DNA of 51,495 nt. It comes from Nitrospinota bacterium (GTDB taxonomy: Bacteria > UBA8248). Location: NCBI GenBank assembly GCA_036231405.1, contig JAZAHK010000030.1, forward strand, positions 1 to 51,495, in the 5' to 3' direction. The notes beneath the pieces were generated by a model. It had not been told where the DNA came from. It was given only the letters and a program-made list of their open reading frames with translations, and did no database searches. The position numbers and the translations under genes are program-made. Positions 10,560 through 19,890 of this stretch are shown here, piece by piece. Numbering within the stretch: the first letter of the stretch is position 1; every line of letters starts with the position of its first letter.

Positions 10560-11843
10560 TTGCCAAAGCCAAAGTTTACAACAGTCAGAGGGGTTCATGA
10601 CAGTTTACCTGAATCTTTTTATACCTGGCGTCACATAGAAAATGTAGCAAGAAAAATGTTTTCTTTATTCAATTACGAAGAGATTAATATTCCTATATTT
10701 GAACAAACAAGCTTATTCCAAAGAGGAATTGGAACGGAAACAGACATCGTTTCTAAAGAAATGTATACTTTTGATGATAAAGGGGGAGATTCCATAACCC
10801 TCAGGCCCGAAGCAACTGCTTCTATTTGCAGGGCATATGTACAACATGCTCTTTACAACAAGCAAAAATTAAATAAATTGTTTTTCATTGGGCCAATGTT
10901 CAGGTATGAAAGACCACAATCTGGTCGATTGAGACAATTTCATCAGATTGACGCTGAAGCAATTGGTTCTAAAGATCCAGCTATTGACGCTGAAATGATA
11001 ATTATGCTGATGAACTTTCTTAAATCTTTAGGACTAAAAGATCTTCGTTTGCAGATGAACAACCTCGGAGATTTGGAATCTAGAAAAAATTATTCCAAAG
11101 CATTAGAAACATTTCTTCTAGACAAAGGAAATTCTTTAGATTCTGAAATTAAAGACAGAATCAAAAAAAATCCTTTTCGATTTCTTGATAGTAAAAATCC
11201 ACAACATCAAGAACTTATACAATTGGCACCAACAAATGAAGGTTTCCTAGGAAACGATTCACTAGAACATATGGAATCTGTAAAGAACTATTTAGATTCC
11301 AGTAATATCCCCTTTACCTACAACAAAAGATTAGTAAGAGGCCTAGATTATTACTGCCTCACGGTTTTTGAAATAACCAGTGAGAATTTAGGTGCACAGA
11401 ATGCTGTTTGCGGCGGTGGACGCTATGACAAACTAGTCGAAGAACTTGGCGGCCCAGAAACTCCTGCCATTGGTTTTGCCATAGGAATTGAAAGATTACT
11501 ACAGCTTGTTTCTGAATCAACCATAGAAGAATCGTCGCATTCCAAAAACCCCGAGATTTACATTATATCTTTAGGAAAAGAACCAATGTCTCTTTCTTTT
11601 AAAATATCGAATCAACTCAGAGAAAGTGGGATCCGTACAGAACTATCCTTTGACGGCGGTAGCATGAAAAACCAAATGAAAAAAGCAAATCGTTCCTCTG
11701 CAAAATATACTCTCATCATAGGAGAGGACGAACTTACTTCGAATTCCGCTATTCTTAGGAATATGAATGACAGTAGTCAGGAAACAATAAAACTAGATGA
11801 AGTGGGAAGTATCGTTAAAGAAAAAATACTAAATCAAAGCTAA
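10560..11843 (+). CDS. hisS: Histidine--tRNA ligase
   Basis: KEMYTF, LRPEATAS, FRYERPQSGRLRQFHQ, LVRGLDYY, GGGRYD, GFAIGIER; TTG start after GAGGA. Confidence 0.98.
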   Translation: MPKPKFTTVRGVHDSLPESFYTWRHIENVARKMFSLFNYEEINIPIFEQTSLFQRGIGTETDIVSKEMYTFDDKGGDSITLRPEATASICRAYVQHALYNKQKLNKLFFIGPMFRYERPQSGRLRQFHQIDAEAIGSKDPAIDAEMIIMLMNFLKSLGLKDLRLQMNNLGDLESRKNYSKALETFLLDKGNSLDSEIKDRIKKNPFRFLDSKNPQHQELIQLAPTNEGFLGNDSLEHMESVKNYLDSSNIPFTYNKRLVRGLDYYCLTVFEITSENLGAQNAVCGGGRYDKLVEELGGPETPAIGFAIGIERLLQLVSESTIEESSHSKNPEIYIISLGKEPMSLSFKISNQLRESGIRTELSFDGGSMKNQMKKANRSSAKYTLIIGEDELTSNSAILRNMNDSSQETIKLDEVGSIVKEKILNQS

Positions 11844-12229
11844 GAAATAATTTTAAATGTTCCTTTTTCAACTGCTTCTCTAAATCTTCTCAAAATCCAA
11901 TCTTGGAGTTTATGTCTTAAAAAAGGTACCATTACGGCAAAACCTACTAAATCCGTCGCAATGCCTGGAGTTAACAAAAGAATACCACCAGCAAAAACTA
12001 TTGCACCTCCAATAAGTTCAGAAGCAGGCATAATTCCTTGAGAAATTTCTGATTGAATTTGCCTTAGAACTATCATTCCTTGCATCCTAGAAATCCACGC
12101 ACCTAGAAATCCCGTTAATAAAATAATCAGCAGAGTTGCATTCAAGCCAATGGCACTTCCAATATCGAAAAGAAGAACAATTTCTACAATTGGCACTAAA
12201 ACAAATAACAATACAATTTTTAAAAACAT
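11840..12229 (-). CDS. fxsA: FxsA family membrane protein
   Basis: PIVEI, GGILLLTPGIATDLVG signature, hydrophobic. Confidence 0.9.
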   Translation of the reverse strand: MFLKIVLLFVLVPIVEIVLLFDIGSAIGLNATLLIILLTGFLGAWISRMQGMIVLRQIQSEISQGIMPASELIGGAIVFAGGILLLTPGIATDLVGFAVMVPFLRHKLQDWILRRFREAVEKGTFKIIS

Positions 12230-12314
12230 TTCTTACCCCGTAATCATCAAACCGAACGACAATTATGCTAACATCAATAACATTAAAAAAAAACGTAATT
12301 TTAGGGAGGATTCA

Positions 12315-13382
12315 ATGTCAAACGAAATGAAAGCTATGCGTATTCATAAATTAGGAGGAGAATTTCAATTAGAAGACGTCCCAATGCCGAAACCCGGCCC
12401 AAACGAAGCCTTATTAAAACTGAAAGCCACTGGTGTTGGCCTGACTCTTGCCATCATGAGAAAGACAGAAGGATTAATTAAACAATATCCAAGAATTATG
12501 GGACATGAGATTGCAGGGGAAGTAGTGGAACTGGGATCTGAAGTACCATCCGAACTGATCGCTATAGGAGACATGGCAACATGTCACTTTTATTTGACTT
12601 GCAAAAATTGCAATTTTTGTCGTAGTGGAAGAGAAAGTCTTTGCGAAAATTTCAAAGGGTTTTTTGGATTAGTGATGGATGGTGGATACGCTGAATATAC
12701 CGTTGTACCTGCGGTCAATTTATGCAAAGTTCCGATTGAAGTAAATGCTTTAGATGCTTGTTTGGCTGCCGACGCAATTTGCACCCCTTACCATAATTGT
12801 GTAACAGAAGCACAAATAAAACCAGGAGACATAGTAGCAATTTGTGGAGCTGGTGGTGGAGTTGCAATTCATGCAGTTCAAATGGCACAACTTTGTGGTG
12901 GACATGTAATCGGATTAGATGTTTCCAATTCGAAACTAGATGTCGTTTCTAAACTCGGGGCATTCGCAACTATCAATCCTTTAGAAAATGACGTTACTGA
13001 AGAACTTTTCGCCCTGACTAATGGAAAAGGGGTAGATATTTACATAGATTATGTGGCAACGAAAGAAACATTAGAAAATGGAATGAATGCACTTGGCCGT
13101 GCTGGAAAATTAATTATAGTCGGGTACAGGCCCCCCAGTGCCTTTGAGGGCATCCTCCCTGAATTTAAAGTGGACCCACTCAGAGTTTTAAATACTGCGC
13201 AAGAAATTCATGGTTCCAGATACTGCTCTATGGACGAGCTAAGACAGTCCTTAGAACTTCTTAGACAAAAGAAAATTAAACCTATTGTAACCGAGACATT
13301 TAAACTTAAAGACCTCGAACTAGCATTTCAAGCACTACTAAAAAACGAAATTACTGGAAGGGCGGCAATCCTTTTCGATTAA
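12315..13382 (+). CDS. Zn-binding medium-chain dehydrogenase/reductase (atypical catalytic site)
   Basis: Start moved to ATG 12315 after GGGAGG; GHE motif, structural Zn CKNCNFC-x7-C, GAGGGV nucleotide loop. Confidence 0.88.
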   Translation: MSNEMKAMRIHKLGGEFQLEDVPMPKPGPNEALLKLKATGVGLTLAIMRKTEGLIKQYPRIMGHEIAGEVVELGSEVPSELIAIGDMATCHFYLTCKNCNFCRSGRESLCENFKGFFGLVMDGGYAEYTVVPAVNLCKVPIEVNALDACLAADAICTPYHNCVTEAQIKPGDIVAICGAGGGVAIHAVQMAQLCGGHVIGLDVSNSKLDVVSKLGAFATINPLENDVTEELFALTNGKGVDIYIDYVATKETLENGMNALGRAGKLIIVGYRPPSAFEGILPEFKVDPLRVLNTAQEIHGSRYCSMDELRQSLELLRQKKIKPIVTETFKLKDLELAFQALLKNEITGRAAILFD

Positions 13383-13396
13383 GCAGAAAGCAAAAA

Positions 13397-14131
13397 TTGC
13401 AATCAATTCAACGAAAAGAGAGTCTTATAGTTTTCACAAAACCAGTACTCCCTGGCAGAACCAAAACACGGCTTAGTCGAGAAATAGGTGTTGAATCATC
13501 TTTAGAATTGTACAAATCTTTTCTAATGAAAATCAGTGATATATCAAGAAAAATATATGAAAAAAGAAAATCTGTAAGTTTAATTGCTGGATGGGCTATC
13601 AATCCTACAGAAAAATTGTCTGATTTCCCTTTGACTGAATGGCTTCCTGGGCCATTCTTACATACAAAACAATTTGGCGACAATTTAGGAGAAAGGATGC
13701 TTTCTTCATTAGGAGGAAGAATTGTGCATCAGTCTAGTACTGTGCTTATAGGTGCAGATATTCCAGAAATAGATGAAAGAACAATTTTAGATTCTTTTGA
13801 ATCTATAAACAACAAAGATGAAAATAGCTTAGAAAGAAAAAGCGTAATCGGACCTTCCGAAGATGGTGGATTTTATTTAATTGGAATGAATACATTCAAC
13901 TATCGTATCTTTGAAGAAATAAATTGGGACTCTAAGAATACTTTTGAAGCTGTTACAAATAATTTTAAAAATGAAAAATTTTCATTCAAATTGATGTCAG
14001 AAAAAATTGATGTGGATTTTTTAGAGGATATAAATAGTATTCTCTTAAAATCAAAACAAAACGAATTTATATTAGATGAAAGAATAAAACTTAAAATGGA
14101 AGAATTAATTCTAAGGAATAATTTTATTTGA
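13397..14131 (+). CDS. TIGR04282/DUF2064-like transferase (CofC/glycosyltransferase A-like fold)
   Basis: IVFTKP..PGRTKTRL, QFGDNLGERM, VLIGADIP, IGPSEDGGFYLIG, DVDFLED motifs. Confidence 0.85.
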   Translation: MQSIQRKESLIVFTKPVLPGRTKTRLSREIGVESSLELYKSFLMKISDISRKIYEKRKSVSLIAGWAINPTEKLSDFPLTEWLPGPFLHTKQFGDNLGERMLSSLGGRIVHQSSTVLIGADIPEIDERTILDSFESINNKDENSLERKSVIGPSEDGGFYLIGMNTFNYRIFEEINWDSKNTFEAVTNNFKNEKFSFKLMSEKIDVDFLEDINSILLKSKQNEFILDERIKLKMEELILRNNFI

Positions 14132-14227
14132 TTCTTTCATTATAGCTTGAGTAATTTCTTTTTTCAGATTATTCGTTTATGCTAAACAAAATGTTGTGAA
14201 CAAAAATTTCTTTATGAAGGAATAAAA

Positions 14228-15574
14228 ATGGATGCTGACCTAGTCATTTCTAATTGTAGAATTGTAACCCCTTCCAATACATATTCCGGCAATATATATA
14301 TCCAAAACGGAAAAATCATTGCCATAACAGAAAAAAAGGATATAGCTGCAAAAGAAGAAATTAACGCAGAAAAAAATTATGTCCTACCAGGCATGGTCGA
14401 CGAACATGTCCATATGATGGACCCAGGTTTTACTGATAGAGAAGACTGGGAACAAGGGACAAAAGCTGCGGCAAGAGGAGGAGTCACTACAGTTATAGAC
14501 CACCATAGGAGCGACCCTCTTGTATACACTAGTGCAATTTTAGAAGAGAAAAACGATTATATTACAGGCAAAGCGGTAGTAGACTTTGGACAACTAGGAG
14601 GCTTAGACCTAGAAAATTTAGATGATTTAAAACCTATGTGGGATTCGGGCGCTCTTGGTTTCAAAGGGTTCATGTGTGAATTGCATGGAGTGCCTGATAT
14701 TTCCGAGGGAAAGCTTCGGAACATCATGCTTGAAGCGGTCAAGTTTGGAGCAACCGTTATGCTCCACTGTGAAAGTGATTCTATACTTAAAGAATCAAAG
14801 AAAATAATTGATAAAGACAATCGAACAGACAGGATGTGTATCAGCGATTGGAGAAATCCAGAGAGCGAGTTTGTTGCTACGATGGACGCAATTAATCTTG
14901 CAGAACTTACGGGCTGCAAAGTTCTAGTTGCTCATGTCAGCCAACCAAGACTCTTGCAAGAAATTCAATCTGCAAGACTTCGAGGAGTTAATATTTATGC
15001 AGAAAGTTGTCCACAATACTTCTATTTAGATCATACTCATCTTGAAGAACTCGGACCATATGTCAAATTCACCCCTGCAATACGATCACCGGAAACAAAG
15101 AATCAGATGCGTGTAATGTTAGGAAAAGAGATGGTAGATACTATAGGTACAGACCATTGTCCTTTTCCTAAAGAATCCAAAGATGCAGGACTTTCAAATA
15201 TACATGACGCTCCATTTGGGATACCTGGCATAGACACCACCGTCAGATTAATGCTGAACGCAGTGAATGACGGTTGTTTAAACTTAAACCAACTTGTAAA
15301 GATGTGTTGTGAAAACCCATCTCGAATCTTCAATCTCTTTCCAATAAAAGGTTCTATTCAGGTAGGTTCTGATGCTGATTTAATTATCGTTGATCTAGAT
15401 AAAAATGAAACAATTAAAGATGAAGAAATAGTATCTAAATGTGGGTGGTCCCCATTCCACAACTTCGAAATTAAAGGATCAGTATTAAGAACTATTGTTC
15501 GTGGCGAAACAGTAATGAAAGATGGTGATGTTTGTGCTCCTGACGGATGGGGAAAAACTGTCGAAAGAGCATAA
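14228..15574 (+). CDS. Cyclic amidohydrolase, allantoinase/dihydroorotase/hydantoinase family
   Basis: PGMVDEHVH, AAARGGVTT, GFKGF (carbamylated Lys), LHCE, AHVS, GTDHCP, GSDAD, SKCGWSPF. Confidence 0.88.
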   Translation: MDADLVISNCRIVTPSNTYSGNIYIQNGKIIAITEKKDIAAKEEINAEKNYVLPGMVDEHVHMMDPGFTDREDWEQGTKAAARGGVTTVIDHHRSDPLVYTSAILEEKNDYITGKAVVDFGQLGGLDLENLDDLKPMWDSGALGFKGFMCELHGVPDISEGKLRNIMLEAVKFGATVMLHCESDSILKESKKIIDKDNRTDRMCISDWRNPESEFVATMDAINLAELTGCKVLVAHVSQPRLLQEIQSARLRGVNIYAESCPQYFYLDHTHLEELGPYVKFTPAIRSPETKNQMRVMLGKEMVDTIGTDHCPFPKESKDAGLSNIHDAPFGIPGIDTTVRLMLNAVNDGCLNLNQLVKMCCENPSRIFNLFPIKGSIQVGSDADLIIVDLDKNETIKDEEIVSKCGWSPFHNFEIKGSVLRTIVRGETVMKDGDVCAPDGWGKTVERA

Positions 15575-15733
15575 ACTAATTTACGAACAAATTTTTCACT
15601 TCTTTGGAAATATATTAAAGGGATCATTCACAAAGAAAACAAAGAGTATTGCAACAGCAACCAAAATCCCTATAACTACAAGTAAAGTATCCAAGTGACC
15701 TCCATATATTATTTTAAAAAAGAGTTCACACAA

Positions 15734-17869
15734 CTAAACTACAGGTGAATAAAATTCTTTTAATTTCTCAGGCAATTCTTCTTCAACTACATCTTTCATA
15801 GATAAACGAATACGACCATTGCCCTCTACTTGGAGACATTTGACTAGTACCTTATCGCCTTCTTTAAGAACTGAAGAAACATTTTCAATTCTCTTATTTG
15901 CAATCATACTGATATGACACAAACCATCTGTTCCTGAAAATATTTCAACAAATGCTCCAAAATCCATGATTTTCTGGACAGTACCATAATAAGTTTTTCC
16001 TGGCTCTGCTAACTGTGTAATTTCCTGAATGATCTTCACTGCTTTGTTAGCACTGATTTCATCTGACGAAGAAACCACAACAGTTCCGTCATCATCTACA
16101 TCAACTTGAGCTCCGGTCTCTTCAATAATCCCACGTATTATCTTACCACCTGGGCCAATAATATCTCTTATTTGATCAGAATGAACTTTCAAAGTAATAA
16201 TCTTTGGAGCATACGGAGACATTTCAGTACTTGGTTGACTAATTACCGAATCCATCTTATCAAGCACTGAGAACCTAGCCTCTTTTGCTTGCGACAGTGC
16301 CTCTTTAACAAGTTCTAATTTCAATCCTTTGATTTTAATATCCATTTGCAAAGCCGTAATTCCATCTCTTGTTCCACCAACTTTAAAGTCCATGTCTCCT
16401 AAATGGTCTTCTAACCCTAGTATATCAGTCAAAATTGCAGTTTCGCCTGTATCTTCATCGCTTATCAGACCCATAGCAATACCAGCGACAGGAGATGATA
16501 TTGGCACACCAGCATCCATCAATGACAAACTTGCACCACAAATAGTAGCCATAGATGAACTGCCATTACTCTCAGTAATCTCAGAAACGACTCTCAGCAC
16601 ATAAGGAAATGAATCAAAATCAGGAAGAACTGCCTGAACAGCTCTAGTTGCAAGAGCACCATGACCAATTTCTCTTCGTCCTGGACCTCTATTCGGTCTC
16701 GCCTCACCAACACTAAAACCTGGGAAATTATAATGCAACATAAACAATCTGTCAGTTTTTCCGTCTAGAGAATCTATCAACTGTGCATCAGAAGATGTCC
16801 CCATGGTAGCACTGACCAGGGCTTGTGTTTCTCCTCTGGTAAACAATGTACTTCCATGAGATCTAGCAAGTGGTTTCATCCTAATTGTAATTGGACGAAT
16901 ATCCTTTAGGCCTCTCCCATCTGCTCTCACATTTTTTTCTAAAATCATATTCCGGAAAATCTTTTTTTCTAATTTTCCAAAATATTCAGAAACTATTTCT
17001 TTGTCTGGGGAACTTTCAGTATCATCACATATCCCTTCAATTGCAGCATTTTTTGCTTCATCAATAGATGAATATTGTTCTAGTTTGTCATGTATCTCTG
17101 CGGCTTTTGTTAAGTGCGGCATTGCAAGTTCTTCAATTCTTGACATAAGTTCTTTATCTTCTTCTACAGAATCGATTTGTCTTTTAGATTTTCCGCATTC
17201 AGATTTTAATTTCTCTTGTAATTCACACAGATCTTTGATAACGGCATGTCCTTCCTCAAATGCCTGCATATAATCATCTTCCGAAAGTTCATAACTCCCA
17301 GCTTCAACCATTACTATTGCGTCAGAAGTGCCAGCAAGAATACAATTAAGGTCGCTCTCATCCTGCTGTTCCACGGTTGGATTTATAATGACCTGACCAT
17401 CTAATCTTCCTACCCTTACTGCGCCTATAGGACCATCGAATGGGATATCCGAGATATGCAAGCATGCAGAAGTTGCATTAATGGCAAGAATGTCACAATC
17501 ACAAACCTTATCGTATGAGACAACCATAACCTGTATCATGGTTTCACACTTAAAGTTGTCTGGGAAAAGTGGTCTCATCGGCCTATCGATCAATCTACAA
17601 GTGAGAATTTCTCTCTCACTAGGGCGTGCTTCCCTACGGAAAAAATTCCCAGGGATAACTCCTGCTGCATATGACATTTCCCTATAATCAACAGTTAATG
17701 GAAAAAAATCTATCCCTTCACGGGGTTCATCAGAAGAACAAACCGTCGAAAGAACCGATGTTTCTCCATAATATGCCATGATCGAACCATTAGCTTGTTT
17801 TGCAATCTCACCAGTTTCAAATGCTAATTTGCTGTTATTAATTTCCAATTCTACACGAGAAAGACCCAT
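15734..17869 (-). CDS. pnp: Polyribonucleotide nucleotidyltransferase
   Basis: AKQANG, DFFPLTVDY, RREIGHG, SNGSSSMA, GDMDFKVGG, KH and S1 domains. Confidence 0.98.
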   Translation of the reverse strand: MGLSRVELEINNSKLAFETGEIAKQANGSIMAYYGETSVLSTVCSSDEPREGIDFFPLTVDYREMSYAAGVIPGNFFRREARPSEREILTCRLIDRPMRPLFPDNFKCETMIQVMVVSYDKVCDCDILAINATSACLHISDIPFDGPIGAVRVGRLDGQVIINPTVEQQDESDLNCILAGTSDAIVMVEAGSYELSEDDYMQAFEEGHAVIKDLCELQEKLKSECGKSKRQIDSVEEDKELMSRIEELAMPHLTKAAEIHDKLEQYSSIDEAKNAAIEGICDDTESSPDKEIVSEYFGKLEKKIFRNMILEKNVRADGRGLKDIRPITIRMKPLARSHGSTLFTRGETQALVSATMGTSSDAQLIDSLDGKTDRLFMLHYNFPGFSVGEARPNRGPGRREIGHGALATRAVQAVLPDFDSFPYVLRVVSEITESNGSSSMATICGASLSLMDAGVPISSPVAGIAMGLISDEDTGETAILTDILGLEDHLGDMDFKVGGTRDGITALQMDIKIKGLKLELVKEALSQAKEARFSVLDKMDSVISQPSTEMSPYAPKIITLKVHSDQIRDIIGPGGKIIRGIIEETGAQVDVDDDGTVVVSSSDEISANKAVKIIQEITQLAEPGKTYYGTVQKIMDFGAFVEIFSGTDGLCHISMIANKRIENVSSVLKEGDKVLVKCLQVEGNGRIRLSMKDVVEEELPEKLKEFYSPVV

Positions 17870-17897
17870 TCAGATTTCCTTAAATTTAGTGTTTTGA

Positions 17898-18167
17898 TTA
17901 TCTTCTGATACCAAGATCTTTTATGAGAGTCCTGTATCTAGAAATTTCTTTTCCTTGCAAATACTGAAGAAGACGACGCCTCTGCCCAACTAACTTAAGA
18001 AGTCCTCTTCTTGAGTGATGATCTTTGTTATGTACTTTAAAATGCTCAGTCAAATACACTATACGATTCGTCAACAAGGCAATCTGCACCTCTGTTGAAC
18101 CAGTATCGTTCTCATGTGTGCGATACTTTTGAATCAATTCTACTTTTTCCTCTTTCTCTAATACCAT
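17898..18167 (-). CDS. rpsO: 30S ribosomal protein S15
   Basis: [40 protein letters not shown]. Confidence 0.98.
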   Translation of the reverse strand: MVLEKEEKVELIQKYRTHENDTGSTEVQIALLTNRIVYLTEHFKVHNKDHHSRRGLLKLVGQRRRLLQYLQGKEISRYRTLIKDLGIRR

Positions 18168-18283
18168 CTAAAAACCATCCTCCAACTTACGTTACAAAAA
18201 GTTAAATACTAAAACCATCACAAAAAAGACTGCTGATTCTAACCAACTCTTCGGTACATGTAAACCAAGTATGTCATTCACCG
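18168..18283 (-). promoter_or_regulatory. Possible structured rpsO 5' leader (S15 autoregulation or attenuator)
   Basis: 116-nt gap with hairpin GAAGA-GUUGGU-UAGA-AUCAGC-AG-UCUUU plus U run and a second weak hairpin; judged by eye. Confidence 0.3.
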
Positions 18284-19201
18284 TTAATTAAAAATTTTCG
18301 TTGGCCTAATCTTTATATTCTCTAAAGACCCCGGAATACCAGATGCTATTTTTCCCATTCCAATTAATTTTCCATCTGAAGCGAGCATACGAAAAATTTC
18401 TTCTTCAGAAAAATTAACACTATTTTGCAAACAATCTAAAGAAATTCCTTTTCGCAGTTTAGCTTCATCTTTATCGGAGAAATACATCGCAGGGAAATGG
18501 TTTAAGGCATCTGCTAGAGAAACTAAAATTTTACTTATAGATCCTGATTCAAAAAATATCTGAAAATCATTTAAAGACAGTGAATCAGATAAATCAAATG
18601 GACCTAATCCTGTCCTAACCAAAGAAACCATACAAGCGCCACAACCGTATAACTTACCCAAATCGTGACAAAACGTCCTAATATAAGTGCCTCGACTACA
18701 CTCTATTTTAAATTTCAAATAAGGGCCAGAAACAGAATCAGCTTGTATTGAAAAAACTTCAATCCTTCTTTTTTTTCTGTCAACTTCGATTCCTTCTCTT
18801 GCAAGTTCATATAATTTTTTGCCACGAACACTCAAAGCTGAAAACATGGGCGGTGATTGCAATGTTTCGCCGAGAAATTTATCTAAAAAAGCTTGAGATT
18901 CACGCATACTTAATAATGGTGATGTATTTTCTTCTAGGATTTTACCTGTTATATCTTGTGTGTCCGTTACTTTTCCAAAAAACATAGTTACTAAATAGGA
19001 TTTACGAAGTTCAAGAAAATACTGAAACGTTCTAGTAGCAGAACCTATAGCAACAGGCAGAACACCTTCTGCAATAGGATCAAGTGTACCCAAGTGTCCA
19101 ACCTTCATCTCACGTCCAATAAACCCTCTTATTTTTGATACTATATCATGTGATGTGGGACCTGAATTTTTATTAATATTTACAAAACCAGACATTGTCA
19201 T
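18284..19201 (-). CDS. truB: tRNA pseudouridine(55) synthase
   Basis: TSHDIV, KVGHLGTLDP, TDTQDITG, PPMFSA, CSRGTYIR; exact start ambiguous (19195-19207). Confidence 0.96.
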   Translation of the reverse strand: MTMSGFVNINKNSGPTSHDIVSKIRGFIGREMKVGHLGTLDPIAEGVLPVAIGSATRTFQYFLELRKSYLVTMFFGKVTDTQDITGKILEENTSPLLSMRESQAFLDKFLGETLQSPPMFSALSVRGKKLYELAREGIEVDRKKRRIEVFSIQADSVSGPYLKFKIECSRGTYIRTFCHDLGKLYGCGACMVSLVRTGLGPFDLSDSLSLNDFQIFFESGSISKILVSLADALNHFPAMYFSDKDEAKLRKGISLDCLQNSVNFSEEEIFRMLASDGKLIGMGKIASGIPGSLENIKIRPTKIFN

Positions 19202-19203
19202 GA

Positions 19204-19581
19204 TCAAAGTTCCGGGTCAGCAGATAATTTTCCTAACAATTTTTCTATCTCAGAAATGTTTGAAATACTATTATCTATAAAAAATTTCAGAGCTGGGACA
19301 TTCCGCAAATTTAAATTTTCTCCCAATTTCACTCTAAGAAACTTACTCGCTTTATTAAGTCCTTCCAAACTCTCCTTAAGGTTATCTTCATTATCGTTTA
19401 GGTTGTCATATCTACTGAAATATACTTTAGCTTCCCTTAAATCTTTGGTAATAACTACATTTGATAAAATGACACTTTTAACACGTGGATCTTTAACATG
19501 AGTTAAAATCAACTCTGACAACTCTTTTTTCACAAGAGTTGCCACACGTTCAGAACGAGAAATTCTCCCATAATCATTCAT
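19204..19581 (-). CDS. rbfA: Ribosome-binding factor A
   Basis: RSERVA, VKDPRV, DLREAKVY, LRNVPALKFFID; operon position. Confidence 0.95.
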   Translation of the reverse strand: MNDYGRISRSERVATLVKKELSELILTHVKDPRVKSVILSNVVITKDLREAKVYFSRYDNLNDNEDNLKESLEGLNKASKFLRVKLGENLNLRNVPALKFFIDNSISNISEIEKLLGKLSADPEL

Positions 19582-19863
19582 TTAAAAAGTCTCAATATTA
19601 AATTCTAGAATCTTCACCGTTCCAACTGACTCGACAAAATTGACTACTTTCCTTAATTGAGAATCTAAAAATCTAGAATCGTTGCTTAAAATAGACACTC
19701 CAATCTGACCGCGCTGCCATTTGTCTACAGGAACTTCAGAGACAGATGCATTGAAATTATTCCTTATCCTACTAATTAAGGATTTAACAATGCTCCGTTT
19801 TTGTTTTAAAGATGAACTCTCAGGAACTAAGAAATCTAGAGTCAACAACCCTATGAATAACAA
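19582..19863 (-). CDS. DUF503 (YlxP-like) protein
   Basis: SSLKQKRSIVKSL...FNASVSEV...WQR; typical position between infB and rbfA. Confidence 0.88.
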   Translation of the reverse strand: MLFIGLLTLDFLVPESSSLKQKRSIVKSLISRIRNNFNASVSEVPVDKWQRGQIGVSILSNDSRFLDSQLRKVVNFVESVGTVKILEFNIETF

Positions 19864-19890
19864 TTTAACACTAAAATATAAAGGGGAAAA

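Noticed and set aside
12150..12314. 55-aa N-terminal extension of the MDR ORF
   Set aside because: Overlaps fxsA on the other strand; a strong GGGAGG SD precedes ATG 12315, where MDR homology starts.
14228..15574. Assigning pyrC or allB
   Set aside because: Metal ligands are shared across the family; the HxHxR substrate Arg of dihydroorotase is missing (HVHMM) and no purine-catabolism context supports allB.
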